Of a DNA stretch of 25,011 bases, positions 1 to 8,139 are shown piece by piece. Where the stretch lies: NCBI GenBank assembly GCA_964397865.1, contig CAYNKU010000002.1, positions 1 through 25,011 of the forward strand, given 5' to 3'. Positions within the stretch are counted from its first letter, which is position 1. Each line of letters starts with the position of its first letter. Position numbers and translations under genes: made by a program. The notes beneath the pieces were generated by a model, which was not told where the DNA came from, searched no databases, and was given only the letters and a program-made list of their open reading frames with translations. The DNA comes from an uncultured Pirellulales bacterium. GTDB lineage: Bacteria > Planctomycetota > Phycisphaerae > Sedimentisphaerales > Anaerobacaceae.

Positions 1-1571
1 GTCTGTTGGTTCAGGACTATCTGTAACTGCTCTGTCACAGATATGAAAACATCATCCCAGCAGTTCGCTTTTGTTTGACGGAAAAGCTTCATAGTGGGAT
101 ACCATGGGCTATCAGATCTATCGAGCAGCCATCGCCAATCGGATGCGCAACACAGCAGCAGCCAAACCGGTTTTCCCATCGCCGCTGCCAAATGAGGTAC
201 AGAGGTATCGGTTGAGATTATCAGGTCCAAATTTTCGATAGCAGCGGCGGTGTCTGTGAAGTCTTCAAATTGCTCACCAAGATTTACCACCGGGACTTTG
301 CCGGCCAAGTCCGCTATCTGGTCAGCAGGTGTGCCCTTTTGCAATGCGAATAACTTTATACCATCGATTGCCGCCAGCGGTGCGAAATCCGCGAGTCTGC
401 ATGCGCGCAGGTGGTTTCTTTCGTAAACTGGAGAACCTGACCAGACAATACCCACTTTGAAATCGGGGCCTGAAAGCATTTCCTGCCAGAATTGTGCCTT
501 GTCCGGGTCGGCAAAGATGTATGGGACTACGTCGGTGATATTGTCGGTGGTTGTCTCGAAGATCTGCGGCAAATCCAGCAGGGATACATGCAGATCGAAG
601 TTTATTTGCGGTTTATTGTCGAACGACGCTTCCACGATCTCGTCCACACCGGTAAAACCGGTTAGAAGATTGTAAAGCGGTTTCCTTACCTCCAGAATCA
701 CAGTTCCGCCCCGGGCTTTAACCATAGGCAGATATCGCACAAAGTGGATGGTGTCGCCGAAGCCCTGCTCATAATGAACAAGCAGTCTTTTGCCGACAAA
801 CGGCCGGCCGTCCCAGCGTGGTTGCTCGTGGTGGTGAGGGTAGGTGAGAATTTTCAGGTCGCCGGATAATCGCCACTGGTACTCCTTGAAACCCTCCTCA
901 AACCTTCCGGCTACCAGAAGTAACAGGGCGAGGTTCCAGTGCGCCTCGGCATAATCCGGGTCGATCCGAATCGCTTGTCTATAATTTTCAATAGCCTGGT
1001 CGTATCGATTGTGTGCCGCGTGGATTGTTCCAAGATGATTATATGCTTCGGCATAATCCGGGGCGATTTCGATCGCTTTGCTGTAATTTTCGATGGCCTG
1101 GTCATCTTTGTTTTGCATATCGAGGCAATAGCCAATTGTATTATATGCCCAGGCATAATCGGGTTTGATCGATATCGCTTTTTTGCAGCTTTCAATGGCG
1201 TCGTCGAAACGTTTCTGTGCCTGCAAGGCCACTGCCATATTATGAAAGGCCTCGGCAAAATCAGGAGCAAGCCTGGTTGCCTGTTGATAGGCGTTAACAG
1301 CTTCGTCAAATTTTCCGAGTTGTTCACAGACAAGACCAAGGGTGTTATAGAACCGAGGCGCTTGTGAATTCGACGCAATTGCTCTTTCAATCAGTTCGAC
1401 AGCAAGGTGGTTTTGGTCCTTTTGGGCCGCAAGCACACCAAGTGAGTGCAGGACATCGGGATGGTCAGGATTGTTTTTTAGAATAGACTGATAGAGTTCT
1501 TCGGCCCGGGCGAGCCGGCCGGCCTGATGGTGCTGTACAGCAATTTTTATAGTTTCTGCTATATCAGGCAT
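1..1571 (-). CDS. TPR-repeat + GT-B (GT9-like / FlmG-like) glycosyltransferase, 3'-partial (open through the left edge, at least 523 codons)
   Basis: Hand translation from ATG 1571 (MPDIAETIKIAVQHHQAGRLARAEELYQSILKNNPDHPDVLHSLGVLA...) has no stop down to position 1, so it is missing from the ORF track. About 6 TPRs (PDYAEAYNHLG type), then RWDGRPFVGKRLLVHYEQGFGDTIHFVRYLP, KVGIVWSG, DFTDTAAAIENLDLIISTDTSVPHLAAAMGKPVWLLL, DWRWLLDRSDSPWYPTMKLFRQ. Starts 14 nt after the fliK stop. Confidence 0.92.
   Translation of the reverse strand, partial: MPDIAETIKIAVQHHQAGRLARAEELYQSILKNNPDHPDVLHSLGVLAAQKDQNHLAVELIERAIASNSQAPRFYNTLGLVCEQLGKFDEAVNAYQQATRLAPDFAEAFHNMAVALQAQKRFDDAIESCKKAISIKPDYAWAYNTIGYCLDMQNKDDQAIENYSKAIEIAPDYAEAYNHLGTIHAAHNRYDQAIENYRQAIRIDPDYAEAHWNLALLLLVAGRFEEGFKEYQWRLSGDLKILTYPHHHEQPRWDGRPFVGKRLLVHYEQGFGDTIHFVRYLPMVKARGGTVILEVRKPLYNLLTGFTGVDEIVEASFDNKPQINFDLHVSLLDLPQIFETTTDNITDVVPYIFADPDKAQFWQEMLSGPDFKVGIVWSGSPVYERNHLRACRLADFAPLAAIDGIKLFALQKGTPADQIADLAGKVPVVNLGEQFEDFTDTAAAIENLDLIISTDTSVPHLAAAMGKPVWLLLCCASDWRWLLDRSDSPWYPTMKLFRQTKANCWDDVFISVTEQLQIVLNQQ
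948..1262 (-). repeat. 102-bp period tandem TPR-coding repeats visible at DNA level
   Basis: Anchor GGCATAATC at 948, 1050 and 1152 and GGCAAAATC at 1254: exact 102-nt (34-codon) spacing. Confidence 0.9.
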
Positions 1572-1585
1572 TTATCCGCACACTG

Positions 1586-3412
1586 CTATATGAGCATATT
1601 TATAGAGTCATCAGTAATCTGGACCTGTGCCTCGGCGAAGCCGGTATAACCCTGCTCGCTTGTCAACCATTGATTAGCCTCGGTCCAACCGGGATTATTC
1701 GGGTGAGGGTCGTTGTCCGCACCGGTCTGGCCGTGGCCATGCTGTTCGCCAGAGGTGGTTGCCGACGATGCGTCCTTGAAAGCCTGCTGCTGATGTTGAT
1801 TTGTCAACATAACATCAAGCCTTTTTATCTGAACACCGTCTTCGGCAAGGTTTTGGAGTATCTGCGGTAAGGCGTTTTGTATTTCGGCTCTGGTCTGTGG
1901 TCTGCTTACTTCGAGCAATCCGGTGATTTTTCCATCCTGCTGGTGGAATTTTATAGTGACTTTTCCAAGTTCCGGGGGATTAAGGCGGATAGTAATCTGC
2001 TGCCCGTCCTGGCGCAAAGAAGAATGGATAGATTCCTGTATCTGTTTGCCAACATCGGTGGATGCCTCGCCGGGCAAAGTGCTACCGGCCGGCTTCGGAG
2101 CCGAGACATTGGATGGCTGTTGGGAAACTGGACTTTGAGCACCGTCTGAAGAGAATATCTGCTTGAAGGTCTCAGAAGAATTGTTTTTCAGGTCGGTATT
2201 AGCCGAGGAGCCGGTGTCTTTTATGTTGTTAGCAGAGACTATCTGCTTGGAGCTTAACTTTGTCAGGATGGATTCACTTGAGGTATTGTCGATATCAATC
2301 TTATCATCGGTATGCAGAGATTTGGAAAGTGTATGTGTATTTGAGATATCCTGCTGATTAGTATTGGCATTGTTGTCGGTCGGTTTATTGGCAGGCTGAA
2401 CGGGTTTATCCAAACCAAAGCTGTCGAGCTGGAATTTTTGGTCCGAGGATTTGTCGTGACCGGTCGGTATGTCGGTATTTAAAGGTGTTTTTTGATGGTC
2501 GGAGACAGCAGGCTTGTTCGTTAAGGCTGATTTTTCACCTGCAGCGGTCATAAGTGAGGGCGATTCTTTATCGCTAAAAGGTAAGATTTTTTGCCCATCG
2601 GAAACTGTGGAGGTGTTTGCGTTGGGTAGTTTTTTGTTATCCGCAGAAACCGTGGAGGTGTTTGCATCAAGTAGTTTTTCGTTGTCCGCAACTTTCTCGG
2701 GTGCAGTAGTTAGAATTTCGGTTATTGTTTTTTTGGCGATTGTCTGATTGGCAGGGTTATTTGCGACCCCCACTGCTTTGTTTGATACGGTAGGTTGGTC
2801 AGAGTTTTTGCCTTCTGCAGTGGAGCCGTCAGCAACAAGTGGTTTTCCAGAAACAATGGAAGCGATTTTGCTTGCGGTTTGGCTGCCGGGGGCAACAGCA
2901 GCAGCAGGGTCAGTTTGGCCCGGTTTGGCAGTTTGACTTTTAGTTGAAGGCGATCCGGAAGCTTTTAATTCCGCAAGCATTTGCGCAAGCTCTAAACCGG
3001 CCCCGGGCTCAAGAATCATTTTCTTTGTAACAACGGGTTTTTGGCCATGTTCTGTCATCTGCGTAAATTTAGCCAACCAGGCTTGTATTATCTGAGGCTG
3101 GATGGCTACAGGGCCGAGAGGGGCACTGTGATTTTGGTTTCCATTGTTTTCGGGGACGACCAGGCCAGTGGGAGGCTTTATTTTTTCGCCGTAAGCATGG
3201 GCAAACTGCTGTTGCTCACTTGCGGGGTTTTGGGGTGCATTAACCGTTGTATTATCGGTCGTTGCCGTACCGTCAGCAACAGCGTGGTTGTTGGTCGGTA
3301 CAGCAGGCAATTGCTTTGAGCCTTTGGCTGCTGTGCGTGCTGGTGAACCTGCACCAAAACCTCGCTGGCATGCTGGAGCATCCAAGAGTAGATTTGGCAT
3401 ACCAGTATTCAT
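1586..3412 (-). CDS. fliK: Flagellar hook-length control protein FliK (608 aa; the start may be the ATG at 3400)
   Basis: Long low-complexity S/T/N/K/P/Q-rich N-terminus. C-terminal Flg_hook-type domain QITIRLNPPELGKVTIKF...RAEIQNALPQILQNL...IKRLDV. A sigma54 promoter lies just upstream and predicts a TSS near 3416, which makes ATG 3400 an equally likely start. Confidence 0.9.
   Translation of the reverse strand: MNTGMPNLLLDAPACQRGFGAGSPARTAAKGSKQLPAVPTNNHAVADGTATTDNTTVNAPQNPASEQQQFAHAYGEKIKPPTGLVVPENNGNQNHSAPLGPVAIQPQIIQAWLAKFTQMTEHGQKPVVTKKMILEPGAGLELAQMLAELKASGSPSTKSQTAKPGQTDPAAAVAPGSQTASKIASIVSGKPLVADGSTAEGKNSDQPTVSNKAVGVANNPANQTIAKKTITEILTTAPEKVADNEKLLDANTSTVSADNKKLPNANTSTVSDGQKILPFSDKESPSLMTAAGEKSALTNKPAVSDHQKTPLNTDIPTGHDKSSDQKFQLDSFGLDKPVQPANKPTDNNANTNQQDISNTHTLSKSLHTDDKIDIDNTSSESILTKLSSKQIVSANNIKDTGSSANTDLKNNSSETFKQIFSSDGAQSPVSQQPSNVSAPKPAGSTLPGEASTDVGKQIQESIHSSLRQDGQQITIRLNPPELGKVTIKFHQQDGKITGLLEVSRPQTRAEIQNALPQILQNLAEDGVQIKRLDVMLTNQHQQQAFKDASSATTSGEQHGHGQTGADNDPHPNNPGWTEANQWLTSEQGYTGFAEAQVQITDDSINMLI
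2601..2690 (-). repeat. 45-bp tandem duplication (2 copies, 38/45 identical) inside fliK encoding ADNEKLLDANTSTVS / ADNKKLPNANTSTVS
   Basis: Units 2601-2645 and 2646-2690 aligned by eye; in-frame 15-aa repeat. Confidence 0.9.
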
Positions 3413-3426
3413 TTAGCAGTTATGTT

Positions 3427-3442
3427 TGCAATTACTGTGCCA
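3427..3442 (-). promoter_or_regulatory. sigma54 (RpoN) -24/-12 promoter for fliK and the TPR-GT gene
   Basis: Minus strand reads TGGCACAGTAATTGCA: GG (3441-3440), N10, GC (3429-3428). Matches the TGGCAC-N5-TTGCW consensus, about 15 nt upstream of the first fliK ATG. Confidence 0.85.
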
Positions 3443-3521
3443 GTATTGGTATCTGTAAACCCAATAAGCCATAAGCCTTTGTCAATAATACCCTTATGAG
3501 CATCAAATAATCGCCGCAATT

Positions 3522-3594
3522 AAAAATATCCCGGTGTTTTTTGTTACTGCGGTAAGATATTCCTGCATGTGGGAAAAAATTTCCGGATTTTTTG
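3522..3594. promoter_or_regulatory. Pair of quasi-palindromic A-tract/CCGG/T-tract elements; candidate enhancer (bEBP) sites shared by the divergent promoters
   Basis: AAAAATATCCCGGTGTTTTTTG (3522-3543) and AAAAAATTTCCGGATTTTTTG (3574-3594); CCGG cores 52 bp apart. Function is inferred only. Confidence 0.35.
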
Positions 3595-3761
3595 GGAATT
3601 CTTCTCCGCGGTCATAAGGGTGGGGTGTAAAAGGGTACGGCTGTAAGTGTATAGATTCCTAACAGCGTTGTTACGGTTCAAAAAATCGGGAGGGGTGATA
3701 AGTTCGGTTTTTTGAGCAAAACGGCCTATTTTCAGGCTTAAAAAGGTTGGGATCGAGTATT

Positions 3762-3777
3762 TGGCACGATAATTGCA
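3762..3777 (+). promoter_or_regulatory. sigma54 -24/-12 promoter for the flgB operon
   Basis: TGGCACGATAATTGCA: GG 3763-3764, N10, GC 3775-3776. Full match to TGGCACG-N4-TTGCW, directly upstream of flgB. Confidence 0.92.
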
Positions 3778-3824
3778 CATCTTTGAACACAAATATGGTT
3801 GCGCTATGCTTAATGGAGCCGAAA

Positions 3825-4184
3825 ATGTCCAAAATAAGCAATATAATCGAATTTCTTGAAGCCGGCATAAAGGCTGAAGGCATACGTCAAAAGGCTATCG
3901 CCAATAATGTTGCCAACCTTGAGACACCAGGGTACCGCAGGATCGATGTTAAGTTCGAAGAACTGCTTGCCAAGGCGCTGGATTCATCCGGCGCCGCAGA
4001 CCTGAGTGAGATCGAAGCCCAGATTTATCAGCCTAAAGAAACACAGGTAAAGTCAAACGGCAATGATGTTAACTTAGAGGCCGAGGTCGGCCATATGGTG
4101 AAGAATACTCTTCGTCATAAGGCATATATCCGGCTGCTCACAAAGAAATACAAACAAATGATACTTGCGATGCAGGTAAAGTGA
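3825..4184 (+). CDS. flgB: Flagellar basal-body rod protein FlgB (119 aa)
   Basis: RQKAIANNVANLETPGYRRIDVKF and NGNDVNLEAE motifs. The ORF-track start 3747 lies upstream of the promoter; GGAG at 3815-3818 supports ATG 3825. Confidence 0.95.
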   Translation: MSKISNIIEFLEAGIKAEGIRQKAIANNVANLETPGYRRIDVKFEELLAKALDSSGAADLSEIEAQIYQPKETQVKSNGNDVNLEAEVGHMVKNTLRHKAYIRLLTKKYKQMILAMQVK

Positions 4185-4245
4185 CAATTGATGATCAAAA
4201 AAAACTGTAGGAGAAACTAATTTTCCACAAAAGAGGTAAATTGAA

Positions 4246-4650
4246 ATGGAAGTTAACAATAGCTTTAGCCCAATAGATATAGCGATTTCGGGAATGAGGG
4301 CACAGGAAAAAAATGTAAGCATAATCTCCTCGAATGTCGCGAATGCTCAGACTACAGATGACGGCCGGGGACAGCCTTACCGCAGACTCGAGGCGGTATT
4401 TAAGACAGACGCCGACGATATCGGTGGCGTCAGCCTGGAGGATATAACGGCGGATATGAGTGATTTTCAGCAGATTTTGAAACCCGGTCATCCTGATGCC
4501 GATGAGCAGGGATATGTGACGATGCCTAATGTGAAATTAGGCCAAGAGATGATAAATTTGAATGTTGCAACGCGAGTATACCAGGCTAATGCCGCTGTTT
4601 TGAAACGTTACCAGCGGATGGTAGAAACAACGCTCGAACTGCTTAAATAA
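4246..4650 (+). CDS. flgC: Flagellar basal-body rod protein FlgC
   Basis: IDIAISGMRAQ...IISSNVANAQTT, PYRR, PGHPDADEQGYVTMPNV, EMINLNVATRVYQAN; SD AGAGG. Confidence 0.97.
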   Translation: MEVNNSFSPIDIAISGMRAQEKNVSIISSNVANAQTTDDGRGQPYRRLEAVFKTDADDIGGVSLEDITADMSDFQQILKPGHPDADEQGYVTMPNVKLGQEMINLNVATRVYQANAAVLKRYQRMVETTLELLK

Positions 4651-4663
4651 GGAGTAAAACGTA

Positions 4664-4987
4664 ATGGTTAATCTAAATCCTAATATAACTTCGATACATC
4701 CCGGGGGTAAAAGCGATTTTGCCGGGATTAACAAAACAGGCACTCCAGATGCCAAAAACAACAAATTTGCTGATACCGTTAAAGCGGCAGAGGATTCCAT
4801 ATCCAAGGTGGATGACCTTCAACAGGCATCAAATATGGCCATAAAGGATTTATTGACCGGCAAGAACGAGGATATCAATTCGGTGGTGTCAGCGATGGCT
4901 AAAGCGGATATGAGTTTCAAACTTCTTGTCGGTGTAAGGAATAAATTGATCGAGGCCTACAAACAGACAATGAAAATGCCTCTTTAA
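4664..4987 (+). CDS. fliE: Flagellar hook-basal body protein FliE
   Basis: C-terminal VVSAMAKADMSFKLLVGVRNKLIEAYKQTMKM; position after flgC; SD AAGGAG. Confidence 0.96.
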   Translation: MVNLNPNITSIHPGGKSDFAGINKTGTPDAKNNKFADTVKAAEDSISKVDDLQQASNMAIKDLLTGKNEDINSVVSAMAKADMSFKLLVGVRNKLIEAYKQTMKMPL

Positions 4988-5042
4988 TTGATTATTGATT
5001 ATTGGAAAGAGTAATAAAAAAGCGAATTAATGAAAGGATTCG

Positions 5043-6539
5043 ATGAGCTTTTTACAAAAGTTAAGTACGGTTTGGCAAAATTTGAGCGTAATTCAACGAG
5101 CTTTGCTGACAGCTATAGGTTTGGTATTTATTATTGTCGGCGGATTGCTCACCTATTGGGCTCGCATGCCGGATATGGCGCTGCTTTACTCGAATCTTGA
5201 CCCTGAAGAAGCATCCAAGATCACAGAGAATATTGGTGAGAAAGGGATTGTTTACAAATTATCAAACAGGGGGACAACTATCTATGCTCCGAAAGAAAAT
5301 ATCGCCCAGCTTCGGCTGGATATGGCAAAAGAAGGTCTGCCCGAAGGCGGCCAGAAAGGCTACGGGATTTTTGATAACGAGAAAATCGGAATCAGTCCGT
5401 TCGTACAGAATGTTAATTTGAAACGAGCTCTACAGGATGAACTCGCCAAGAGTATACAAATGATCGACGGCGTAAGTCACGCGCGAGTCCATATAGTCAG
5501 CACCGAGCAAAAGATTTTCACATCAGGAGAGTCGGAAACAAGCGCGTCTGTAGTTCTTCGCTTAAAAGCCGGTTACAGGCTCAGTGCCCTGAATATAGCG
5601 GCGATTACACATTTGGTAGCCGGCAGTGTCAAAGGGCTGAAATCCGGAAATATAACGGTCGTGGACAGCCAGGGCAGGCTGCTTTCCAACAAATCCGATC
5701 AGTCTATGGCAAGTGGGGCAGGGACTGTTGCTGACTACCGCGAGAGAGTGGAACAGAGTTTGGCAAATAAGGTCGAAGACATGCTTACCGCGGTTCTGGG
5801 ACCCGGCCGGGCTAAAGTTCGGGTCAGTGCCGAGATAGATATGACCAACATTAGTACAGTAACAGAGACATACGACCCAAAGGGAGTGGCAAGCAAGGAA
5901 GAAATTAAAGAAAAGAAAAAAACAGACGCTTCAGTCGCAACCGCCGAAGGTAATGCCACTCCAGGCGTGGAAGCAGATAATACGATTGTTACAGAGTTCG
6001 TTAACGGCAAGACTGTCAGGCAGGAAGTTATTCTGCCCGGAGAAATAAAATCTCTGGCAGTTGCGGCTGTAGTGGACTTATCCGTACCTGACAGCAACGA
6101 AGCACAAACCGGCGCGGAAGCCGCAAAGATAATGACACGATCGGATGTTGAAAGTCTTATTGAAAATGCTTTAGGTCTTAAAGTTAATGAGGGTGACTCT
6201 CTTGAAGTGGTTGAAGCCAGGTTCCATCGTCCGGCAGAGGCTTTGATCGACAAGGAAGAAGCCGGCGGGCTCGATTTTATCGCGATTGCCCGGCAAAGTT
6301 CGCTGGGAATTATGGCGATTTGCGCGTTGGTGGTTCTGAAAATATTCGGCGGGTCAAAGAAAAAAGCCTCAGCAGCAAATGCGCAATTGCCTGCGGGAAT
6401 CGGGGAAAACGCGGCTCTTTTACCGGCAGCAACAGAGGAATCGGAGACGTTGATCCTGCGCAGGCAGTTAGCCAGAAGTTTGCGAAGTAATCCAGAGCAG
6501 GCCAAACAATTATTCGCCAGTTGGTTCGAGGAAAGGTAA
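5043..6539 (+). CDS. fliF: Flagellar MS-ring protein FliF
   Basis: N-terminal TM, LYSNLDPEEASKI, GYGIFDNEKIGISPF, RALQDELAKSI, ARVHIV, SASVVLRL, ITVVDSQGRLLS, second TM, C-terminal NPEQAKQLFASW. Confidence 0.97.
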   Translation: MSFLQKLSTVWQNLSVIQRALLTAIGLVFIIVGGLLTYWARMPDMALLYSNLDPEEASKITENIGEKGIVYKLSNRGTTIYAPKENIAQLRLDMAKEGLPEGGQKGYGIFDNEKIGISPFVQNVNLKRALQDELAKSIQMIDGVSHARVHIVSTEQKIFTSGESETSASVVLRLKAGYRLSALNIAAITHLVAGSVKGLKSGNITVVDSQGRLLSNKSDQSMASGAGTVADYRERVEQSLANKVEDMLTAVLGPGRAKVRVSAEIDMTNISTVTETYDPKGVASKEEIKEKKKTDASVATAEGNATPGVEADNTIVTEFVNGKTVRQEVILPGEIKSLAVAAVVDLSVPDSNEAQTGAEAAKIMTRSDVESLIENALGLKVNEGDSLEVVEARFHRPAEALIDKEEAGGLDFIAIARQSSLGIMAICALVVLKIFGGSKKKASAANAQLPAGIGENAALLPAATEESETLILRRQLARSLRSNPEQAKQLFASWFEER

Positions 6540-6548
6540 GTTAAACAA

Positions 6549-7550
6549 GTGGTATTGACGGGTAAACAAAAAGCTGCGATGCTGCTAATGAGTCTCGATG
6601 CGGTAAACGCTGCCGAGCTGCTTAAAGGTTTAGAACCTGAAATGGTTCAGGAACTGGCGGTGGAGTTGGCGTATCTGGACGCATCGGGATTGCGAGACAG
6701 CATGCAAAGTACCGAAGTTGCCAAAGAGTTTTGTAATTTGCTGCAGCCCAAGAAAGGATTTCATCTTAAGAATTTTCTCGATACGATGTTGAGAAGCTCC
6801 GTGGGCGATGAAAAGACCGATCAGATACAGACTCAGATACAGAATTTGCTTCAAAAACGGGATCCGTTTATTTCGATTCGCTCGGCAGATTCTCAAACAT
6901 TGGCGTCAGTTTTAGGGGACGAGCACCCACAGGCAGTTGCGGTTGTTTTGTCGGAATTGCCGACCAGGAAAAGCTCAGAGGTTCTTGGTCTTTTGGGCGA
7001 AGGAGTTCGGCTTGGTGCTGTCAGCAGGATGACCGGCTCTGGTACTGTGACCGCTGAAGCGAAGAGACGAATAGCAGAGATGGTCTGTAAGCGTCTCGAT
7101 GCTCTTACTGCCAGTCGTGAAGATGGCGGAGTTCAAGAGGCGGGAGATCAGTCTTTAAGAAAAGTTGCAATAATTTTGCGAAATCTCGGTAAAGAACTTC
7201 GAGACGGTTTACTTGCCGCAATACAAGAAAAAGACACCGAAGCGGGAGAGAAAGTAACTAACCTGATGATACTGTGGGAAGACATTCCGCAAGTTGCGGA
7301 CAGGTCTCTGCAGGAAGCCCTGCGAGGAATCGAATCTCAGAAGTTGGCGCTGGCATTAGTCAAAGCTGATGAAACAATTATCGAGAAGATCAAGTCTAAT
7401 ATTTCCGAACGCGCAGCAGCAACAATAGATGAAGAAACCTCCCTGATGTCGGCACCCAAGAAAGATGATATTGCCAAAGCCAGGGAGGATATCGTTAAGG
7501 TTTTGCGTGAAATGAATGAAAAAGGCGAACTCAATTTTGTAGAAGAATAA
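6549..7550 (+). CDS. fliG: Flagellar motor switch protein FliG
   Basis: LTGKQKAAMLLMSL start, EHPQAVAVVLS, GG linker, torque helix NISERAAATIDEE; GTG start with an AAAGG-type SD. Confidence 0.97.
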   Translation: MVLTGKQKAAMLLMSLDAVNAAELLKGLEPEMVQELAVELAYLDASGLRDSMQSTEVAKEFCNLLQPKKGFHLKNFLDTMLRSSVGDEKTDQIQTQIQNLLQKRDPFISIRSADSQTLASVLGDEHPQAVAVVLSELPTRKSSEVLGLLGEGVRLGAVSRMTGSGTVTAEAKRRIAEMVCKRLDALTASREDGGVQEAGDQSLRKVAIILRNLGKELRDGLLAAIQEKDTEAGEKVTNLMILWEDIPQVADRSLQEALRGIESQKLALALVKADETIIEKIKSNISERAAATIDEETSLMSAPKKDDIAKAREDIVKVLREMNEKGELNFVEE

Positions 7551-7553
7551 TAA

Positions 7554-8135
7554 ATGGCTGATACATTTTCGGTCAATCTTACCAGGCCGATCAAGTCGGC
7601 GGCAATATTAGACGGTTTCAACAGCAATGCGGAATCGCCGATTATCGACGGGTCTGGTCCGGCGGCGAATGGCAATCAAGTCCAACCGGCAGAGTACCTG
7701 CGAGCACAAAAGCAGATGTTTGAAGATGTCTGCCGGACACTTCAAGGCCTGGTTGTTAAGCTCGATGAGTTTTATAATCAGCTTTTCACCGAGCAAAAGG
7801 AAGAAATCGCCAGGCTTTCGGTTGAAATTGCCAGGAAGATACTGATGCAAAAAGTCCGGGATGGTGATTATGAAATCGAATCGATTGTCAGAGAAGCGAT
7901 TAAAAATGCTCCTGCGCATCAGGATTTAGTCGTACATTTGAATCCTCAAGACCTGGCTGACTGTCAAAAAGTTCAGGCGGATAATGAGAGCGGGGATTTA
8001 GCCGGTATCAAGCTCGTTGCGGATCCTAATATTGGACGAGCAGAATGTTTGCTTGAGAGTCCAAAGGGAATAATCAAATCATTAATTGAAGAAAATCTCG
8101 AACAAATCGCCAAAGCGCTTGAAAAGGCGGAATGA
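7554..8135 (+). CDS. fliH: Flagellar assembly protein FliH (short, 193 aa)
   Basis: C-terminal FliH domain (LSVEIARKIL, LVVHLNPQDL, LVADPNIGRAECLLESPKGII); located between fliG and fliI. Confidence 0.9.
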   Translation: MADTFSVNLTRPIKSAAILDGFNSNAESPIIDGSGPAANGNQVQPAEYLRAQKQMFEDVCRTLQGLVVKLDEFYNQLFTEQKEEIARLSVEIARKILMQKVRDGDYEIESIVREAIKNAPAHQDLVVHLNPQDLADCQKVQADNESGDLAGIKLVADPNIGRAECLLESPKGIIKSLIEENLEQIAKALEKAE

Positions 8136-8139
8136 TTTT

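Noticed and set aside
911-1390. ORF-track ORFs 911..1390 (-) and 939..1367 (+) with internal repeats
   Set aside because: Off-frame and antisense shadows of the TPR repeats; the true frame (ATG 1571, open to the edge) gives canonical TPR and GT motifs.
3501-3513. IHF-like site CATCAAATAATCG
   Set aside because: Deviates from WATCAANNNNTTR at the first base and in the TTR; expected by chance in AT-rich DNA.
3747-3824. Extended flgB N-terminus from the ORF track
   Set aside because: The start lies upstream of, and the extension runs through, the -24/-12 promoter; the SD supports ATG 3825.
3544-3883. Small minus-strand ORFs in the fliK-flgB spacer
   Set aside because: No recognisable motifs, and they overlap the sigma54 promoter and the start of flgB.
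4988-5004. Short direct repeat TTGATTA-TTGATTA-TTG between fliE and fliF
   Set aside because: Only about 2.4 copies of a 7-mer in AT-rich spacer; no supporting evidence of function.
5735-6505. 256-aa antisense ORF within fliF
   Set aside because: Entirely antisense to a well-conserved gene, composition typical of a reverse-frame shadow, no motifs.
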